DNA of 64,000 nucleotides from Candidatus Hydrogenedentota bacterium (GCA_963668025.2 CAXXTH010000017.1:1216001-1280000), one strand, 5' to 3'; positions 34,319-44,083 are shown, numbered from the stretch's first letter. The notes: generated from the sequence alone by a model not told the origin. Program-made: numbers and translations.

Positions 34319-35305
34319 GTGGCGACGCCAGCCCAGAAAACCAAAGTAGGCGTGTTTCTCACGCTATGCACGATCTTGATTGCCGGAGGCCTGATCTATG
34401 TGGCGGGATTCCGGGGCAAGGATGAACGGGCGTATACCGTCGTATTCCGCGAGAACGTGCTTGGCTTAAGCCAAGGCAGCGTCGTGCAATATGAAGGCGT
34501 CATCGTCGGCAGTGTGGAAGACATTATAGTTGCTCCTGATCACACCGTTCATGTGAACATTCTGGTGGACCAAGGCAAGGTGAAGCTCTATCCCGGCGTG
34601 AAAGCTGTATTGCAGATTTACAGTCTTGCCGCGGGCACGATGACCGTTGCGCTCTCGGGCGGTGATTCGCCCGGTGACGCGGAAGTGTTGCCCGAAGGTT
34701 CTCTGATTGAAGCGCAGCCGTCTTTGGTTTCCGCGTTCAGTTCGCAAGCCTCCGAGATCATGGATGGCATTCGTGACTTCGTGGACCGGGTAAATATTGG
34801 CCTCGAAGGGATGGAAAAGGGTGAATTAACGAAGGTGATCCGGAACACCGACTCGACGATCGTGGAATTGCGCGCCACGGCGCAGCGCATCCAAACGCTT
34901 GCGGATGATGCATCGAAGCAAATAAACAGTTTGTCGGGCGGCGTGCATGATACGGTGGAGGAGATCAATACATTCGCGCAAAAAGCCACGGAATTGGCGG
35001 GCAATGCCAATGACACGGTGCTGGCGGTGAAATCCAAGATCGAGCCGCTGGATCTCAACAAAACGGTGAATGAATTGCAAGCGGAAATCAATCGCCTGGG
35101 CGCTCAGTTGTCGGAATTGGCGAATTCGATGAATGATGCGACCAAAACCATTGTATCGCAGGGCGATAATGTCCAATACAATAGCGTTGAGACCATGAAG
35201 ACGTTGAACGAGACGCTGGAGGCGGTGCAAGGCCTGGCCCAGTATCTGCACGATAATCCATCGTCCCTTCTGCGGGGCAGGGGAAAATCATCTGAGGAAG
35301 AATGA
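34319..35305 (+). CDS. MCE/MlaD-family protein
   Basis: KVGVF plus TM segment, GLSQGSVVQYEGVIVGSV, long helical tail ending NPSSLLRG. Confidence 0.9.
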   Translation: MATPAQKTKVGVFLTLCTILIAGGLIYVAGFRGKDERAYTVVFRENVLGLSQGSVVQYEGVIVGSVEDIIVAPDHTVHVNILVDQGKVKLYPGVKAVLQIYSLAAGTMTVALSGGDSPGDAEVLPEGSLIEAQPSLVSAFSSQASEIMDGIRDFVDRVNIGLEGMEKGELTKVIRNTDSTIVELRATAQRIQTLADDASKQINSLSGGVHDTVEEINTFAQKATELAGNANDTVLAVKSKIEPLDLNKTVNELQAEINRLGAQLSELANSMNDATKTIVSQGDNVQYNSVETMKTLNETLEAVQGLAQYLHDNPSSLLRGRGKSSEEE

Positions 35306-35351
35306 GAAACGACTGATGGGGCAAGCCCCATCCTACACCTGGAGAAACGCC

Positions 35352-35930
35352 ATGCGCTATATGGCCATTATGATGTGTTTGTGTGCGGCAGGCTGTTTAT
35401 CGCGCAATGAAACGCCCATTGTCCGGTATGTGCTCGAGCCGCCCATTGTGGTGGCGCAAGCGCCGGGCGATGGCCCTTCCTTGGCGCTTCGGGCGCTGCG
35501 GGTGTCGAATGCCTACCGGGAGAGCGTGGCCATTTACAAACCCGGCCAAGTGCTCGCCAATTCGAGCACGACAAAATGGGCGGAGCCGCCTGCGGCCGCC
35601 ATGGGGCGTGCGCTCGCGGACGCTTTGACGGCCACGGGCCGTTTTTCCGACGTGGGCGCGGCGGAGGCGATTCTCCAGCCTGGCTTGGTATTGACTGGTG
35701 AACTGCGAAAATTTCATCTAGATAAGACGGCCTCGCCATGGACCGCCGTGTGTGAAGCGCGGCTCGAGTTGCGGACGGGCGGCGATTACGAGGTAGTATG
35801 GAGCGGCACTTTGAGCGCCGCCAAGCCGTTGGCCACGGATTCGATGGACGCCTTGCCTATGGCCATGAGCAGCGCCGTGGGCGATGTGGCCAGCCAGGCA
35901 GCCAACGCCATGGCCGCCGCAGTCAAATAA
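35352..35930 (+). CDS. PqiC-like ABC-transport auxiliary lipoprotein
   Basis: Lipobox AAGC, WAEPP motif, last gene of the MCE operon. Confidence 0.8.
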   Translation: MRYMAIMMCLCAAGCLSRNETPIVRYVLEPPIVVAQAPGDGPSLALRALRVSNAYRESVAIYKPGQVLANSSTTKWAEPPAAAMGRALADALTATGRFSDVGAAEAILQPGLVLTGELRKFHLDKTASPWTAVCEARLELRTGGDYEVVWSGTLSAAKPLATDSMDALPMAMSSAVGDVASQAANAMAAAVK

Positions 35931-35938
35931 TTTCGCGG

Positions 35939-36835
35939 TTACAGCCGTTCGGCAAGGGCCTCGAGTGAATCCGCCACGCCTTCCATGGGTGGCATGCCGG
36001 AGCTTGTGGCAAAGCCAGTAAATCCCAGCGCCGTAAAGGCGCTGATGACATCTCTCGGGTGTTCGCTCCCTAATTCGAGCGGAACCACTACAGCATTGCA
36101 GCCCTTGCGGCGGAGCTGGACGTTGATATGCGCCAATTCTTCTAAGGGCGCGGGTGCGGGCGCAAGATAACCGCCCACGCGCGTTTCGGCATCTATTTCA
36201 TCCACTCGATACGTCCCGTGCAACACCTCGATAGACACTTGCCCCGGCGCGGTCTCGCGTCCTGGCTCGCCCAAGCTGGCGAAGGTTAGGTACGCGCCAT
36301 ATTTGAAGGCGAGAATACGGCTCACGATTCCCGGCGCGCCCATGGCCAGCGAAATAGCGGGCGTATCCGCGCTTTGCAGCGCGCGCAGCGCCATGGCGGC
36401 ATCAAGAATCGTGGACGCCATGCCCACGGCCTTGGCGATGTCCGCCCCAGCCACGCGGCAACGATACAGGGCTTGGGCCAAATCGGGCATTCGCGTAAAA
36501 TCGTGGTGCGACAAAATGAGTTTTGCATTTCCTAAGGCGCGCCGGTCGAGACGTTCGATGGCGGCAAGTTCGCAATCAATGTGTTCGGCGCCTTCCGCCG
36601 CCGCCTCGATAAGTGCGCCCAGCCGCGCGGATTCATCGCCATCGCAGCGGCCGCCCTCCCATACGGGCCGGTTAGTCACGATGACCGGGCATGGCTTATC
36701 GTGCAGCAATGCATGGAGATTGCACTCGCGCATGCCGTCGATGCGCAATTCGACCAGGCCCACCTTGCCCGCATAGGCTTCAAGCGTGCGCCGCGCCTCA
36801 CCGGTCGTTTTCGCCGCCAGCGCTAGAGCGATCAT
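35939..36835 (-). CDS. aroD: Type I 3-dehydroquinate dehydratase with degenerate C-terminal extension
   Basis: VELRID, VIVTNRP..EGG, SHHDF, DIAK, MG..G..SR and TAPGQ motifs. Confidence 0.88.
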   Translation of the reverse strand: MIALALAAKTTGEARRTLEAYAGKVGLVELRIDGMRECNLHALLHDKPCPVIVTNRPVWEGGRCDGDESARLGALIEAAAEGAEHIDCELAAIERLDRRALGNAKLILSHHDFTRMPDLAQALYRCRVAGADIAKAVGMASTILDAAMALRALQSADTPAISLAMGAPGIVSRILAFKYGAYLTFASLGEPGRETAPGQVSIEVLHGTYRVDEIDAETRVGGYLAPAPAPLEELAHINVQLRRKGCNAVVVPLELGSEHPRDVISAFTALGFTGFATSSGMPPMEGVADSLEALAERL

Positions 36836-37124
36836 CGTTTTATGTCTGGTTGCCACTATCGAATAAACCTCGTGTATATCACCATCAACAACGGGCTTAA
36901 CAACTAAATACACTAAAATATGTAGGGTGGGGCTTGCCCCACCTTATAACTATCTAAAACCTGAAGATATTTGGATCCGCAGATGACACAGACGATCAAT
37001 TAATAACAACGTTACCAGAGTCATAAAGTATTTGGTGTAATATTTTAGTGTATTTAGTGTATTTAGTGGTCTAAATCCGGCTCTTTGGTTGTTGCTCCGC
37101 CGTGCTAGGCATTTTGTGGTCTAT

Positions 37125-38168
37125 TCAAGAACGATTACGGAATTCTCCCAGTTTATCCGCGATTTCGATGGCTTCCTCCCGCGTGGCGGCTGGCGCTGGG
37201 ATCACCACGCGGCAACCGGGTGGATATTGGCCTGGCCATGTCCATGCCGGGCCGGTTTCACGGGACTTGGCGTGCATATGCAGTACTTCGCCGCCGAAGA
37301 AATCGTAGGTTTCCCAGGGATCCATCTTCGGGCCGACGAAGTTGAGCACACGCAAATTTGGGAGGGCGCGGAAACTCTCCCATTGGTGGCGCGCGCCCGC
37401 GCAACAATGGATGCCGATCTGCCCATAGCGTTTCGACAGCGCCGCCAGTTCAGGCAAGAAAAACGTTTCGAAAGTCTCGGAATTGACCGAGCCAATCTCA
37501 TCTTCCGAAAGGGTCACCCCATATGGCATGTAGTAGTCTGGATAATGGGCGATGAAGGCCTGGCCATAACGGCCGAACCATTCATCAAGAAAGGCGCACA
37601 AGAATTCGCCCACCTTCGCGGCCAGTTCGAGCACAACCTCGGGCGTTTCCATCAAGGCGGCATAAAAACTGCTCTTTTCCCAGATCAGCGCGGCGATGTC
37701 CATGGGGCTTTGGATATCCACGAGGCGTACAAGAGCTTCTCCGCCCGCACGGGCCTGCAACTCATCCGCCATGTCGAACAGATAAGTCAGAGAGCAAGAG
37801 GATATGTTCGGCACGCGTAGTTTTGCTATTTGGGAAGCCGAATGTATCAGCGGTTTCGCGGCGGGCAAGTCGAAATCGGGGCGGTACACGCCGCATCCGA
37901 ACGCCTCGGCGAAGATCTCCGTGCCGGTGGTCATGTCGAGATACGGCAGGGCGTCGTCGTGCAACCACTTCATGCGCTCAAGCTGTAGCTGGTACTTGTT
38001 CCATACCCACTCGATTCGCTCCGCCCGGTATTCCGGCCACAGCGGCGGGCGTTCGGACATCTCTGGAGTATATTGGACCAAATAAAGAAATCCCGGAAGC
38101 GCATCCGGATCTTGGATCCGCGTCCAGCGTTGAAGCCGCTCCGTATAGGTATCTCCCCGCATAGCCAC
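37125..38168 (-). CDS. Uroporphyrinogen decarboxylase/MtaA-fold family protein
   Basis: AEAFGC, DIQSPMDIAALIW, LSEDE and IHCC motifs. Confidence 0.75.
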   Translation of the reverse strand: MAMRGDTYTERLQRWTRIQDPDALPGFLYLVQYTPEMSERPPLWPEYRAERIEWVWNKYQLQLERMKWLHDDALPYLDMTTGTEIFAEAFGCGVYRPDFDLPAAKPLIHSASQIAKLRVPNISSCSLTYLFDMADELQARAGGEALVRLVDIQSPMDIAALIWEKSSFYAALMETPEVVLELAAKVGEFLCAFLDEWFGRYGQAFIAHYPDYYMPYGVTLSEDEIGSVNSETFETFFLPELAALSKRYGQIGIHCCAGARHQWESFRALPNLRVLNFVGPKMDPWETYDFFGGEVLHMHAKSRETGPAWTWPGQYPPGCRVVIPAPAATREEAIEIADKLGEFRNRS

Positions 38169-38306
38169 CCCCTTCCGCGTTCCATCGATTCTCGACGGAT
38201 TATATGAAACACAAGAAGACTATACCAGATAGCATGCACTGAGAATCGCATATCAATCAAGAGCATCGGGGGTAATCAGCATCGCCGCTGTTCTTGATGC
38301 ATATGA

Positions 38307-38339
38307 GAAACGAGGAGTCCATTCAGACTCCTCGCTTTC
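38307..38339 (-). terminator. Hairpin closing the phage-like operon
   Basis: cgaggagtc-cattca-gactcctcg stem flanked by gaaa and tttc, about 20 bp past the holin stop. Confidence 0.65.
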
Positions 38340-38356
38340 AGAAATTTGCAATTGCT

Positions 38357-38725
38357 TCAGGCGTTCTTCAGCTTGCTCACCAGCCGTGTGATCCATAGGT
38401 CGATATACGAATCGCCCAGCTCTTTCAAGACATCCACGCCCGCCGTGCGGCCATATTCGACAGCCGTTTGGCGCGCCATGCTCCGGGCCTGCTCACGCTC
38501 CTGCGCCGTCAGCTTTCCGTCCTCACGCGCTTGTTTCAATTGCTGCACATAGGTGCGGTAGGTGGCGTCCACCGCAGCTTCAACGGCTTCGACCGCTGTA
38601 TAGTAGCGTTGTTTTTTCACGCGGGCGAACCAGTCGCCCGTCTTGAACATAGCCCACAATCCCCCGACCAAACTGCCCACTGCAGCCACCACTTGGTCCG
38701 CTTGAATCACTTCCGCCAGCACCAT
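38357..38725 (-). CDS. Putative holin (single N-terminal TM)
   Basis: One TM segment then AVEAAV...DGKLT..E amphipathic region; follows the peptidase. Confidence 0.6.
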   Translation of the reverse strand: MVLAEVIQADQVVAAVGSLVGGLWAMFKTGDWFARVKKQRYYTAVEAVEAAVDATYRTYVQQLKQAREDGKLTAQEREQARSMARQTAVEYGRTAGVDVLKELGDSYIDLWITRLVSKLKNA

Positions 38726-38742
38726 CCGCCTTGCTCCTTTCG

Positions 38743-39237
38743 TTATTGTCCCCGTTCCCGGTTGTCCGCATGCACATGCCCGTCCCGGTAATCATCCTTC
38801 ACCCAATCGAAATGCCGCCTACACGCCGCCCCCAACACCTGCTGGGGAATACGCACCCGGCCGCGCACCCGCACAGCCGCCAAATCCACCGCAATGCCGC
38901 CGAACCGCGCCAAATGCTTCGACTGCCGCGCCACCGCGCCGCCTTCATCCGCCCAGCCCAAACGCCGCGCCAGGCGCTCGAGATCCGCCTGTGTCCGCAT
39001 GGCGTCCGTTACCACGAGCCAGACTTCTTCGCCCGCCGCCGCGCACAGTTCCCTCCGCACCCGTTCGAGAGACTCGATGACGCTCCGGTGGACCATGCAC
39101 AACCCTTCGCCGTTCTCGAATTCCTTCAGCCGGAAATGCGCCAGCGCTTCGCCGTCCACGTCCACCAACAGGCGCAGGTCATTACGCCCTTTATACGAAT
39201 TCCCGCTTGTCGATGATGTATCCATTGGTTCCGTCAT
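38743..39237 (-). CDS. M15-type Zn peptidase (putative endolysin)
   Basis: HFRLKEF, LERVR, R, SKHL...AVD and HVHAD: His/Asp/His zinc-ligand pattern of M15A; start uncertain. Confidence 0.78.
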   Translation of the reverse strand: MTEPMDTSSTSGNSYKGRNDLRLLVDVDGEALAHFRLKEFENGEGLCMVHRSVIESLERVRRELCAAAGEEVWLVVTDAMRTQADLERLARRLGWADEGGAVARQSKHLARFGGIAVDLAAVRVRGRVRIPQQVLGAACRRHFDWVKDDYRDGHVHADNRERGQ

Positions 39238-39712
39238 CCGTTTGGTTAATGGCCGACATGCCCAGCCGTAAAAATAGGTGCGCCAATGGAATGCAGTCCG
39301 TGTCAGGCGTTGGCGCGGATGGAGAGGCCGACTCCGTTCCAGTTTTTACACTGACATCCCACGTTCCCAGCCTGGCCTGCACCAGATCGAGCCGCACGCC
39401 AGTCAATGGTTCCGGTACGGCAGGCGTCTGCACGGATACATCCAAGTGGTATGGCAGATGGGAAATGAACGCCCAACCCGGCTGCACCATTACCGACATT
39501 CCCGGCGTAGCGCTAGGTATAACCTGCAAATCCGATTCCGCCGCCCCGCGTATCACGCCGTCGCCGCCGCCCCATGCCAAATTCAACAAATAACATACCC
39601 GTTCAAGCGCCGCCTCGATGCGGTCATCCCACAAGTTCAATTTCGCCGACGACACGGGCCGTTCCTGAAATGCCCACGCCGTCTTGATGTACGCTTGCCC
39701 CTTAATCGCCAT
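39191..39712 (-). CDS. Putative baseplate/minor tail protein
   Basis: GMSVMVQPGWAFI, RLDLVQARL, KTGT..ASPSAP, IPLA and I.D.R pattern of siphophage minor tail proteins. Confidence 0.65.
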   Translation of the reverse strand: MAIKGQAYIKTAWAFQERPVSSAKLNLWDDRIEAALERVCYLLNLAWGGGDGVIRGAAESDLQVIPSATPGMSVMVQPGWAFISHLPYHLDVSVQTPAVPEPLTGVRLDLVQARLGTWDVSVKTGTESASPSAPTPDTDCIPLAHLFLRLGMSAINQTDDGTNGYIIDKREFV

Positions 39713-39741
39713 CTTGCCCTCCATGCCGTCCCGGCAGGCGT

Positions 39742-41475
39742 TCATGCATCTAAATGCAGCCCCGCATCCAGCGTTATCGCTTCTTCATCGAGTGAAAACG
39801 CGCTCAGATAATCGGCTCCCGGTTGATTCGCTTGCAGGAATCCCAGCGGTTCCGCCACCGAACGCAACGGAGAGGCCAGTTCCGCTACCGTCTGCACCGA
39901 ACGCCCAGACAAACGATGGGATACCCGCGCCACCCGGCCCGCCAGCCTCCCTGCGAACCGGCTTCCCCATTCGCCGTCCAAGGGCGCATCCAGCCGCTTC
40001 AATGTGCTTCCACGCACTTCAATGATATCGCCCGCATCAAGGTGGGCATCCCCAGCGTAAAATTCGATGGTTCCCACACACCCCGGATACGCCACATCAT
40101 CCAGCAGCCCCGCCGCCAGCCGGTCCGCATCCTCTTCAAGCCGTAATGCGGACACTTCCAGGCTAGATGCATGCGCACCCAGCAGCGCCACGCTCTCCGC
40201 GCGCACATACGTTTTTCGCAGCGCCCCACCCACGGGATCGCTCGACAACACCAGCTCATTCACGATCCCTTCCGAGGAGGCCCCCAGTTCAACGCCCGTC
40301 CGCGTACGGTTCGCAAATGCCACACGCTTTACCTGCGCCGGACCGAACGACACGGCCCCGTCCACATCCAGGCTCCATACATGGCCGCCCGCCGCGTAGG
40401 CGAGCAGCGCCAGCAATCCGAATAATCCGCCGTCATAATCCAGACGTCCCAGCACGGTTGCCGCACCCGATACCGAATCCGTGTTTGCCGTGCGATACGA
40501 CAGAAAATCCTTCAGCGCCATCTCCGGCTTGAGCAGCGCGCCATTTTCCGGCAATTCCACATCCGCCGCGCCTTGCTCCACCATCGCCGCGTTCACGCAT
40601 TCTCCGCCGCCATACGCCAGGCCCACATACCGGCCCGCCGCATCCATCCGGAAGTCATATGCTCCCCGCGCGTTCCGGTGCGGGTTCAGTTCGACGTAAT
40701 CCACGCCCTTTTCATCGAGCCAGGCTTGCAGCGCCTCTTTCGCCGTTTTAGCATTCAAGGCATATCCGCTTGCCGCATACCGCGCCGCCGTCCATTCCTC
40801 CGTCTCCGGATGGCGCGCCACGGCTTCCGCATCGAGCGCCAGAGATTCACAGTCCAACATGAGCAACCGCAAATCTGGCCACGCCACGCCGTCCACTACA
40901 AGGCCCGCGATGGTGCGCCCATCTTTCGCATAGGCCCCGCTGGCATCCACGCGCACCCCGCCCGCCCATTGGCCTGAAGCAATGCCGCCCACTGCCAATG
41001 CATTTCCGTCTGTCTTGCGCGTCAGAAACTTTTGATACTCCCGCCGCGCCCCATCGGGATACGCCTCATGCGCCACGTTGTAATGGATGGGGCTTATCGC
41101 GCGCTGAATGGCGTCCTTCACGATGGCCCCCACGGTCCGGTTCTGGTAGAGCTGCGAAAGGGCCACATCCGCGAACCGCGCTTCCGTCTCGAACGCCACC
41201 AGTTCATGGAATCGCACATATCGGTCCAGGATTAGCTTCTTCGTGTCGCTCCATCGCGCCGACGCCTGGGTGACGTACCCAACGCAGGCCTTCCGGCCTT
41301 CGAGCCACAACTCGACCCGGTAGCCTGGCCCCAGCGTATCGATGGACACGGGCAGTAATCCCGCGATATGGTCCGCTTGCCCGGCCCATGCCCGTTCCGC
41401 GTCGAGGAGCGGCGCTTCGTGAAACCGCGCCACGCGCCGCCCCCACGTGTCATACACATCAATCCGGTAATCCAC
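39742..41475 (-). CDS. Putative tail hub/Tal-like protein with inserted thermonuclease-like domain
   Basis: Follows the Dit-like gene; WSLDVDGAVSF, IVNELVL, ESVALLG, LDAGDIIEV and RVARVSH hub-like motifs; insert DGRTI/RLLMLD/DAAGR/VNAAMVEQGAA. Confidence 0.65.
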   Translation of the reverse strand: MDYRIDVYDTWGRRVARFHEAPLLDAERAWAGQADHIAGLLPVSIDTLGPGYRVELWLEGRKACVGYVTQASARWSDTKKLILDRYVRFHELVAFETEARFADVALSQLYQNRTVGAIVKDAIQRAISPIHYNVAHEAYPDGARREYQKFLTRKTDGNALAVGGIASGQWAGGVRVDASGAYAKDGRTIAGLVVDGVAWPDLRLLMLDCESLALDAEAVARHPETEEWTAARYAASGYALNAKTAKEALQAWLDEKGVDYVELNPHRNARGAYDFRMDAAGRYVGLAYGGGECVNAAMVEQGAADVELPENGALLKPEMALKDFLSYRTANTDSVSGAATVLGRLDYDGGLFGLLALLAYAAGGHVWSLDVDGAVSFGPAQVKRVAFANRTRTGVELGASSEGIVNELVLSSDPVGGALRKTYVRAESVALLGAHASSLEVSALRLEEDADRLAAGLLDDVAYPGCVGTIEFYAGDAHLDAGDIIEVRGSTLKRLDAPLDGEWGSRFAGRLAGRVARVSHRLSGRSVQTVAELASPLRSVAEPLGFLQANQPGADYLSAFSLDEEAITLDAGLHLDA

Positions 41476-41494
41476 CGCACACCCCGCTGTCCGT

Positions 41495-42172
41495 TCACCA
41501 CCACCGGTCCCGGAACGCCACCGTGACATCCGCCGCATGTGAGCCTCCCGGCCCATCCGCATACGCCAGCGCCGTTCCGCTTGGCGCAATCACGGGAAAC
41601 AGGCCCGAGGTATACGGCGTCACGTCCACGCCTTCCAGCGTGGCCCGTTCCGCCACGCCGTCCAACACGAGCGACTGCCCATCCGCCACCGTGCCCGCAT
41701 ACGCAATCGTCCGCACGCCATCGCTGAACGAAGGATTTTTCACCGTTCCTACCGCCACAAGCGTGATCACGACGGGTGAATTCATATTGCCTTGCGCGTT
41801 CAATGTCCGTATGGCGCTTGCGGTGCGTATTTGCCATGCCGTGGCCCGCTCCACCTCTGACTCCTCGAAAGGCTCCCGCGCCGACAATTGCAGCGTAAAC
41901 GAAGCCGCCAGTGGTTGCGCCGACACTTCCCGTGTGAATCCCGCGCGCCGCACCCACATCCGCCGTCCGTCACGTAGCGACAACGCCGCCGAATAGTCTT
42001 CCGCCGAAGCCACGTTCACGATGGCGTCCAATTGGGCTTCCGCGTCCGCCACATTCACGAGAAGGCCCTGAATCTCGATGGACCGTTCATCCCGGCCGCC
42101 CACCTCTTCGAGCTTCTCCTGCGCATGAGTGTGCAGTGGGTCCAGCGCCAGCGCCCCCAGCGTGATCCCCAT
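41495..42172 (-). CDS. Putative distal tail (Dit-like) protein
   Basis: FTLQLSAREPF, GNMNSPVVITL, NPS, GQSLVLDG, GLFPVIAPSG and FRDRWW: Sipho tail-family pattern. Confidence 0.72.
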   Translation of the reverse strand: MGITLGALALDPLHTHAQEKLEEVGGRDERSIEIQGLLVNVADAEAQLDAIVNVASAEDYSAALSLRDGRRMWVRRAGFTREVSAQPLAASFTLQLSAREPFEESEVERATAWQIRTASAIRTLNAQGNMNSPVVITLVAVGTVKNPSFSDGVRTIAYAGTVADGQSLVLDGVAERATLEGVDVTPYTSGLFPVIAPSGTALAYADGPGGSHAADVTVAFRDRWW

Positions 42173-42175
42173 CGC

Positions 42176-42592
42176 CTACGCCTCCCTCAGCACGGACTGT
42201 GTATCCGTCACGTCCGCCACGGCCCGCGCGGGACGTTCCGCGCCCGCCGGTTCCAGTAAATACCACGCCTGGTCTTCGAGCCACGCCGCCATGGTCATCA
42301 GCGCCTGGAACCGGTTCCCGTCCGACACCACGTTCGATCCCAGCGACACCTGTTTCACGTCAAACGCATCTTTGGCCGCCAGCGCGCCATACAGCCGCGC
42401 CCCCGCCAGCAGCGTCTCACCCGCCACGAGCCCCTTATCCGGCGGGTCTATTTCCGCATCCGGGTCCAGCCTCCTCAACACCTCGCCGTGTGCTTCCTCA
42501 ATCACTTGTTCGATCAGTTCCGATGGAACGCGCGCCGCATCCCCAAGCTGGAACCGCTCCCGCACCAGCGCCTCAGTCGTAAACGCCGCCAT
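42176..42592 (-). CDS. Putative head-tail adaptor
   Basis: 138 aa; FTT...VR...SELIEQVIEEAH.EV N-terminal helices; first gene after the capsid. Confidence 0.6.
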   Translation of the reverse strand: MAAFTTEALVRERFQLGDAARVPSELIEQVIEEAHGEVLRRLDPDAEIDPPDKGLVAGETLLAGARLYGALAAKDAFDVKQVSLGSNVVSDGNRFQALMTMAAWLEDQAWYLLEPAGAERPARAVADVTDTQSVLREA

Positions 42593-42628
42593 CGCATCAC
42601 CCCCGTCAATTATTTTTCATGGGCATCT

Positions 42629-42737
42629 GGGGAACCCTTTCTTTCGTAGAAAGGGTTCCCCAGCCCCCCTCCTAAAAAACTTCAATTCCGCTTCGCGTGC
42701 GAAGCACAACTAAAAGTTTTTGGAGAGGGGTCCGGGG
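42629..42737. repeat. REP-like inverted pair; second unit split by the IS4 element (continues 44084-44122)
   Basis: ggggaacccttt...aaagggttccccagcccccctcctaaaaaactt versus aagtttttggagaggggtccgggg|agaacctttttccaaaaaggtcctcccc. Confidence 0.75.
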
Positions 42738-44083
42738 CATAAGCGCTAACCTTATATTGCCTCCATCAAACCACGCAACTGTTGCATTCGCTTCCTTGGG
42801 GGCTCTGCCAGATCTCTCGCGATTTCCCGCCACTGGCTGATGCATTCGGATAATCCAAGCGTCGGATTGACCGCTTGGCGAAGGAGGTGCAAGGCGAAAG
42901 AGAGTTCGCGCCACAAGGAGGCCTCGCGGTAGATATCGTCACAGTGGATATCCCCAGGGGGAAAAAAAGCGCCCCTCATCAACAATGGCCTGGGCAAGGC
43001 AGGAGACAAGCATTTTGCCGTGGAGCCAAGCCTTGGCCGACTCCTCGTCTTCCTTTGGCAAGTGTCCCAATCCCATAATCGACTTCATCCGTTTGAAGGC
43101 CAACTCCACCTGCCAGCGCGCCCGGTACAACTCGATAACCTGGTGCGGCGATATTGAATCCGGCAAGGATGTGGCCAGTATGACGTAGCGATGCAGCACA
43201 AGCGTTTCGGGATCCAGACTCCGTTGCTTCTTGCTTAGCTCTTTCTTCGCCCGGCGGATGCTTTGCGCGGCGGCTTCCTCGCTCAAACGCAGCGCACAGA
43301 TCCGTAGCGCCAGCTCCTCCTGCCCCTTTGCCTGGCCAATCAGGGCCCAATCACCCACTTCCCCTACCTCTAGAGACGCCACCAATCCAGCCAGTGGACA
43401 GGTGTTCCCTGCGCCATTCCGAAGACTGAAGGCTTTATTCTTAAGACGCGTCAGAAAGTTCCCGTTATGGCCGAGCACATAACGAAAACCTTTGAGATGC
43501 CCATAAGCACGATCTCCGAGCAATAGGTCGCCAGGCGAGACTCGGAATCGCGCGAAACTCTCTCCAACCTTCGGGCCGGTAATATGAAACTCATCGCATT
43601 GAAGACCGTATAAACATAGGCTGTAGTGAACGCGCCAGTCCGTTCCCGTGCTTCCCGGTTCGCAGACAACGCTCGCATCCACGACGCGAACACGGTAATA
43701 CTCCAGCCATGCAGGCCGAACGCACGGTCCCGCGCGACGTTGAAGTATCTCTACGGCCATCCACCGCAGCCATTCCCCCGAAGCACGCAACCGCTTAAGA
43801 AGTGCCACATCCGACACGGACGCCACATTCCCTTCTCGAGCACGAACGACAGCCTCACGCAGAGAACACCCATCCGCCAAATGGATCAACAGCAAGCGCA
43901 GGAGCGATTCCGTCGACGATATAGAACGAGGCTTGCGGTGCCACGCGCCCAATTCACGAGCCTTGTCCTCCCATCCAGCAGGGAGAAAACGCTGTAAACA
44001 CTGCCAATTCTCATTCCACGCTGCTTCCATGCACCCAGTATAGAAGATTCGTCAGGAGACATCAAATAAGGTTAGCGCTTATG
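42738..44083 (-). mobile_element. IS4-family insertion sequence (1346 bp), 11-bp target duplication GGGGTCCGGGG
   Basis: Perfect 18-bp IR cataagcgctaaccttat / ataaggttagcgcttatg; TSD at 42727-42737 and 44084-44094. Confidence 0.92.
42939..44030 (-). CDS. IS4-family DDE transposase
   Basis: VVDAS, LGDRAY and YRARWQVELAFKRMKS (YREK) motifs. Confidence 0.92.
   Translation of the reverse strand: MEAAWNENWQCLQRFLPAGWEDKARELGAWHRKPRSISSTESLLRLLLIHLADGCSLREAVVRAREGNVASVSDVALLKRLRASGEWLRWMAVEILQRRAGPCVRPAWLEYYRVRVVDASVVCEPGSTGTDWRVHYSLCLYGLQCDEFHITGPKVGESFARFRVSPGDLLLGDRAYGHLKGFRYVLGHNGNFLTRLKNKAFSLRNGAGNTCPLAGLVASLEVGEVGDWALIGQAKGQEELALRICALRLSEEAAAQSIRRAKKELSKKQRSLDPETLVLHRYVILATSLPDSISPHQVIELYRARWQVELAFKRMKSIMGLGHLPKEDEESAKAWLHGKMLVSCLAQAIVDEGRFFSPWGYPL

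Noticed and set aside
38357-42592. Tailocin or contractile injection system
   Set aside because: No sheath or tube gene recognised, and a full head module is present.
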